Of a stretch of DNA of 11,086 bases, positions 8,072 to 11,086 are shown piece after piece. Numbering within the stretch: position 1 is the first letter of the stretch; every line of letters starts with the position of its first letter. Position numbers and translations under genes: made by a program. Under the pieces are notes generated by a model. It searched no databases. It was not told the origin of the DNA and worked only from the letters and a program-made list of their open reading frames with translations. Source of the DNA: Gemmatimonadales bacterium (GTDB taxonomy: Bacteria; Gemmatimonadota; Gemmatimonadetes; Gemmatimonadales; GWC2-71-9); contig JBFGJG010000079.1 of NCBI GenBank assembly GCA_041577295.1, positions 1-11,086 on the forward strand, read 5' to 3'.

Positions 8072-8137
8072 ATGCTCAGCTGGCTAGCCGCGCTTTTCGG
8101 CGCCATTTTCATGGCGGGCAATCAATCGTGGACTTGA
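8072..8137 (+). CDS. Small hydrophobic peptide, 21 aa (MLSWLAALFGAIFMAGNQSWT)
   Basis: Translated by hand: ATG 8072 to TGA 8135-8137. It has the best RBS I found in the window, is below the ORF-track size cut-off, and ends 31 nt upstream of the HD-GYP gene. Confidence 0.75.
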   Translation: MLSWLAALFGAIFMAGNQSWT

Positions 8138-8168
8138 TGCGATCAGTCGAGGGCACCCCCTCCCACAC

Positions 8169-9557
8169 ATGGGTTCAGCGCGAACCAAGAACCTCTTCGT
8201 ACGTCTTTATGTAATCGCGATCACCGGGCTAGCTGGCGTCGCGCTGGCTCTCTCCATTCGCCTCGATCCTGCCCTATCTGACCTATCAGACTTCTCACTC
8301 TCCGGAGTCTTGGCCTTTACCGCTCTGGGTTTGGGGCTGCAGTGGGCTGAGCATCGCCTCGCGGTAGCCTCCGTATCTGGGGCGATTTCTTTCATTGTAT
8401 ACATCGCTAGCGCCCTGGTTTTCGGCCCGACGATCGGTGCGACGATAACCGGAATCAGCCTTGTTGCCGTTCACACCGTTCGCCGCTTCCCAACTATCAA
8501 GATTAGCTTCAACGCCGCCCAGCACGTCCTCGCGATCATAGCGGGATCCTTCCTCTACGTCGCTTTGGGCGGGGAGTTTCCACCGCAGTCGCTTGACGCC
8601 GTTGTGCTACCGTTCCTCGGATTCGTTCTCGGTTTCTTCGCCGTGAATACCGTCGCGGTCAGTGGTGTTGTCGCCCTCAGTGAAGAGCGCCGGTTCTCGG
8701 ATGTCTGGATAAAGAACACATGGAGCTTTGCTCTTTACGATCTAGCAGCAAGTACTGTTAGCTTAGCGATTGTTTGGTTGTATGCATACACACCCTTGGG
8801 GCCGTTCGGGATCGCGGTGATTGTCCTTCCAGTTCTCTTCATAAGGCATGTCTATCTGGTCAACCAACAGCTCCAAGACACGAATCGCGAGCTGCTTGAG
8901 TTGATGGTAAAGGCAATCGAGGCCCGCGATCCCTACACGAGTGGTCACTCACAGCGAGTTTCAGATCTTGCTCGAATTCTTGCGCGTGAGATCGGGCTTG
9001 GTTACCGGGACGTGGAGAATGTTGCTACAGCTGCTTTGCTACACGACGTCGGCAAGATCCACGAGGAGTACGCTCCACTTCTTAGGAAAGAAGGAAAACT
9101 CACGCCCGATGAGAAGGAGTTAATGGATTCTCACGCGCTACGCAGTGCTGAACTTGTTGCGACGATATCGAACCTTCGAGGACCCGTGGAACGTTTCGTA
9201 AGGCATCACCATGAGAATTACGACGGCACGGGCTATCCTGACGCCCTGGGTGGGGAGGACATTCCCATTGGCGCGAGGATCATCGCGATTGCGGATACCG
9301 CCGATGCGATGACCACCGACCGTCCGTATCGGAAGGCGTTGAGCTACGAGAAGGTTTTGAGTGTCCTCGCTCGATTTTCATGGAAGCAGTTTGATCCGCG
9401 GCTGGTGTCTGCGTTCCGCACCAGTGTTGTGATTCAGCAGATGATTCAGAGTAGGCTTTCTAAAGACAAGCAAGCCCCCAGTCTCCCAACATCCAGCCAG
9501 ATACCTGCACCTTTAGTTTCCAGAAAGCCGGGACCTCGCGGACTCGTCGCTCGGTGA
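8169..9557 (+). CDS. Membrane-bound HD-GYP cyclic dinucleotide phosphodiesterase with a multi-TM sensor domain
   Basis: About 7-8 hydrophobic segments in residues 1-230, then AIEARDPYTSGHSQRV, LLHDVGKI, HHENYDGTGYP, IPIGARIIAIAD and DAMTTDRPYRK. Confidence 0.92.
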   Translation: MGSARTKNLFVRLYVIAITGLAGVALALSIRLDPALSDLSDFSLSGVLAFTALGLGLQWAEHRLAVASVSGAISFIVYIASALVFGPTIGATITGISLVAVHTVRRFPTIKISFNAAQHVLAIIAGSFLYVALGGEFPPQSLDAVVLPFLGFVLGFFAVNTVAVSGVVALSEERRFSDVWIKNTWSFALYDLAASTVSLAIVWLYAYTPLGPFGIAVIVLPVLFIRHVYLVNQQLQDTNRELLELMVKAIEARDPYTSGHSQRVSDLARILAREIGLGYRDVENVATAALLHDVGKIHEEYAPLLRKEGKLTPDEKELMDSHALRSAELVATISNLRGPVERFVRHHHENYDGTGYPDALGGEDIPIGARIIAIADTADAMTTDRPYRKALSYEKVLSVLARFSWKQFDPRLVSAFRTSVVIQQMIQSRLSKDKQAPSLPTSSQIPAPLVSRKPGPRGLVAR

Positions 9558-9560
9558 ACC

Positions 9561-9595
9561 GCCGCCCGGCTGATTCGCTCAGCTAGGCGGTTTTT
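9561..9595 (+). terminator. Putative intrinsic terminator after the HD-GYP gene, overlapping the end of the convergent TPR gene
   Basis: GCCGCCCGGCTGA-TTCGC-TCAGCTAGGCGGT stem (one mismatch, G-U pairs) running into TTTTT. Confidence 0.6.
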
Positions 9596-11086
9596 GCTCC
9601 GGCCATGAGTCGGCTCGGTAGCTCATCAAAGACAGACAACGGCACCGGTTCTGGGCGAACCCCTGGGTATCGTTTAAGTACCCAATCGGCCCCAGAAATC
9701 GTCCGACCTGATGGCGTTTTAACTAAAGGGTTCAGGCCGAGTGCATGTAGCCTTGCGAGCACTCCATATAAACCCTGCAGTTCTATGATCGACACTCCCA
9801 AGGCGGCTGAACCCTTTGAGTGCTTTGTCAGAAGGTGCTCCCTGAACGTTCGAATCTCGAGCCGTGTTGCGAGCCGATTTCCAATCCCTCTTGATGTCAT
9901 CGCGTTCAAGACGTCCAGAGCTGCATCGAGCCCTTTCGTAGCCCAAGTGTACAAGGTCAGTAGGCGAGCGTAGTGACCAGCGTTGCCGTCCAAAGGAACT
10001 TTTCCGCCCGTCGTGGCCTGCAGATCCTCCACAACCTTCCACGCGAGCTCATGTTCTGCTCTTGCTACGTGCAGGTCAGCCTTTCCAGCGAGTGCAGCTA
10101 CGATGAGTGATGACACTCTACTTTCGTAAGCGATCTCCAAGGCGCTGTTCAACAGCTCGTTAGCTTCTGAGAAGTTTCCGAGTGTGATCGACAGTGTGGC
10201 CGCGTTGGAGAGTAGGGACGCTGTTTGTCGAGGGGTTGGGTCTGGTCCGCACAGCTCCAAGGCTCGACGGTATGCCTTGGCTGCGCGTTCGAACCATCCT
10301 AAGTCGTCATATAGGACTGCGAGGTTGTCGTATGAATGACTCTGACGCATCGAGTCACCGAGTCTATTAGCGATCGCGATTGCCTCTTTGAAGGCAGCTT
10401 CTGCTGCCTTGAAATTGCCCAAATTCGTATGGCAAATGCCGAGACCATTTGCGACCATACGGAGGTCCACGTCCCATGACAAGCTTTGGAGGATGCCTTC
10501 GGATCTGGTTAGTTCCGTGATTGCAGCATTATGCGCGCCCGTCACCATCAAGCAGAAGCCCTCTGTCAAGCATGCCAAGGCAGTGACTTCATCGCTTGAG
10601 GATTCGTCTCTCATTCTGTGAACGGTGTCTTGTAATCGAAGAAGCCCTTCCAAGTCGATTGCGTCAGCAGCAACTTCTGCAGTTATCTGTAGGGCTCGAA
10701 GAATGAGTATGTCGGATCCAGTAACTCTTGCAGTGGCCAGTGCTCGCTTCGTGGCTTCAGCGATTTCCTGATCGGACCCTAGCCTACCACGATGCAGCGC
10801 CTCAGCGCGAATGGCATCTGTGGTTGCGCGTTCCACCAAGGACAGGCCATTCACATCAATTCGGTTCAGGATTTCTAATGTTTCTCGATAGCGACCCTGC
10901 GCAGCTACCGATCTAGCCAGCAGGATTTGCAGGGCGTTGATCGCATCCCCCTCAACCGCCCCGATCACCTCCTTTAGCGCCCGCTCAGCCTCGTTCGGCG
11001 CACCCGTCGCGATCGCCACCTCTGCCCCCTGTCCCACCATCGTCACCGCGTCGTCCGGACGCCCCGCCCGCAGCAAATGATGCGAC
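9583..11086 (-). CDS. Large TPR-repeat protein, C-terminal part; probably the tail of a STAND/AAA-ATPase-type regulator (gene starts beyond the window)
   Basis: The frame stays open to the window edge (S-H-H-L-L-R-A-G). TPR-like units: NGLGICHTNLGNFKAAEAAFKEAI, DNLAVLYDDLGWFERAAKAYRRAL, SNAATLSITLGNFSEANELLNSAL. Confidence 0.8.
   Translation of the reverse strand, partial: SHHLLRAGRPDDAVTMVGQGAEVAIATGAPNEAERALKEVIGAVEGDAINALQILLARSVAAQGRYRETLEILNRIDVNGLSLVERATTDAIRAEALHRGRLGSDQEIAEATKRALATARVTGSDILILRALQITAEVAADAIDLEGLLRLQDTVHRMRDESSSDEVTALACLTEGFCLMVTGAHNAAITELTRSEGILQSLSWDVDLRMVANGLGICHTNLGNFKAAEAAFKEAIAIANRLGDSMRQSHSYDNLAVLYDDLGWFERAAKAYRRALELCGPDPTPRQTASLLSNAATLSITLGNFSEANELLNSALEIAYESRVSSLIVAALAGKADLHVARAEHELAWKVVEDLQATTGGKVPLDGNAGHYARLLTLYTWATKGLDAALDVLNAMTSRGIGNRLATRLEIRTFREHLLTKHSKGSAALGVSIIELQGLYGVLARLHALGLNPLVKTPSGRTISGADWVLKRYPGVRPEPVPLSVFDELPSRLMAGAKTA

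Noticed and set aside
8020..8214. 64-aa plus-strand ORF spanning the peptide region
   Set aside because: Its GTG start lies in a hairpin, it overlaps the HD-GYP start, and the strong SD at 8056-8065 points to ATG 8072 in another frame.
1..11086. CRISPR array, tRNA/rRNA, IS element or integrase
   Set aside because: No regularly spaced repeats, cloverleaf, terminal inverted repeats or recombinase ORFs were seen.

Overview
High-GC bacterial DNA. The lineage cannot be proven here; the gene set is reminiscent of Gemmatimonadota (inference). The left half is housekeeping: the 3' end of hslU, a coupled argF-gcvT-mogA/moaB-sigma54 activator run, and a convergent htpX. The right half looks like a c-di-GMP signalling locus. 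It starts with a diguanylate cyclase fused to ferredoxin, degenerate [FeFe]-hydrogenase-like and FeS domains, followed by an uncharacterised two-domain protein and a structured intergenic region. Next come an unannotated 21-aa hydrophobic peptide gene (8072-8137, near-perfect RBS), a multi-TM HD-GYP phosphodiesterase, and the convergent C-terminal part of a large TPR protein. The HD-GYP gene and most of the TPR region form a lower-GC block whose right edge lies inside the TPR gene. The best candidate for an undescribed system is a small peptide plus membrane HD-GYP receptor (with a possible TPR partner) acting on c-di-GMP.
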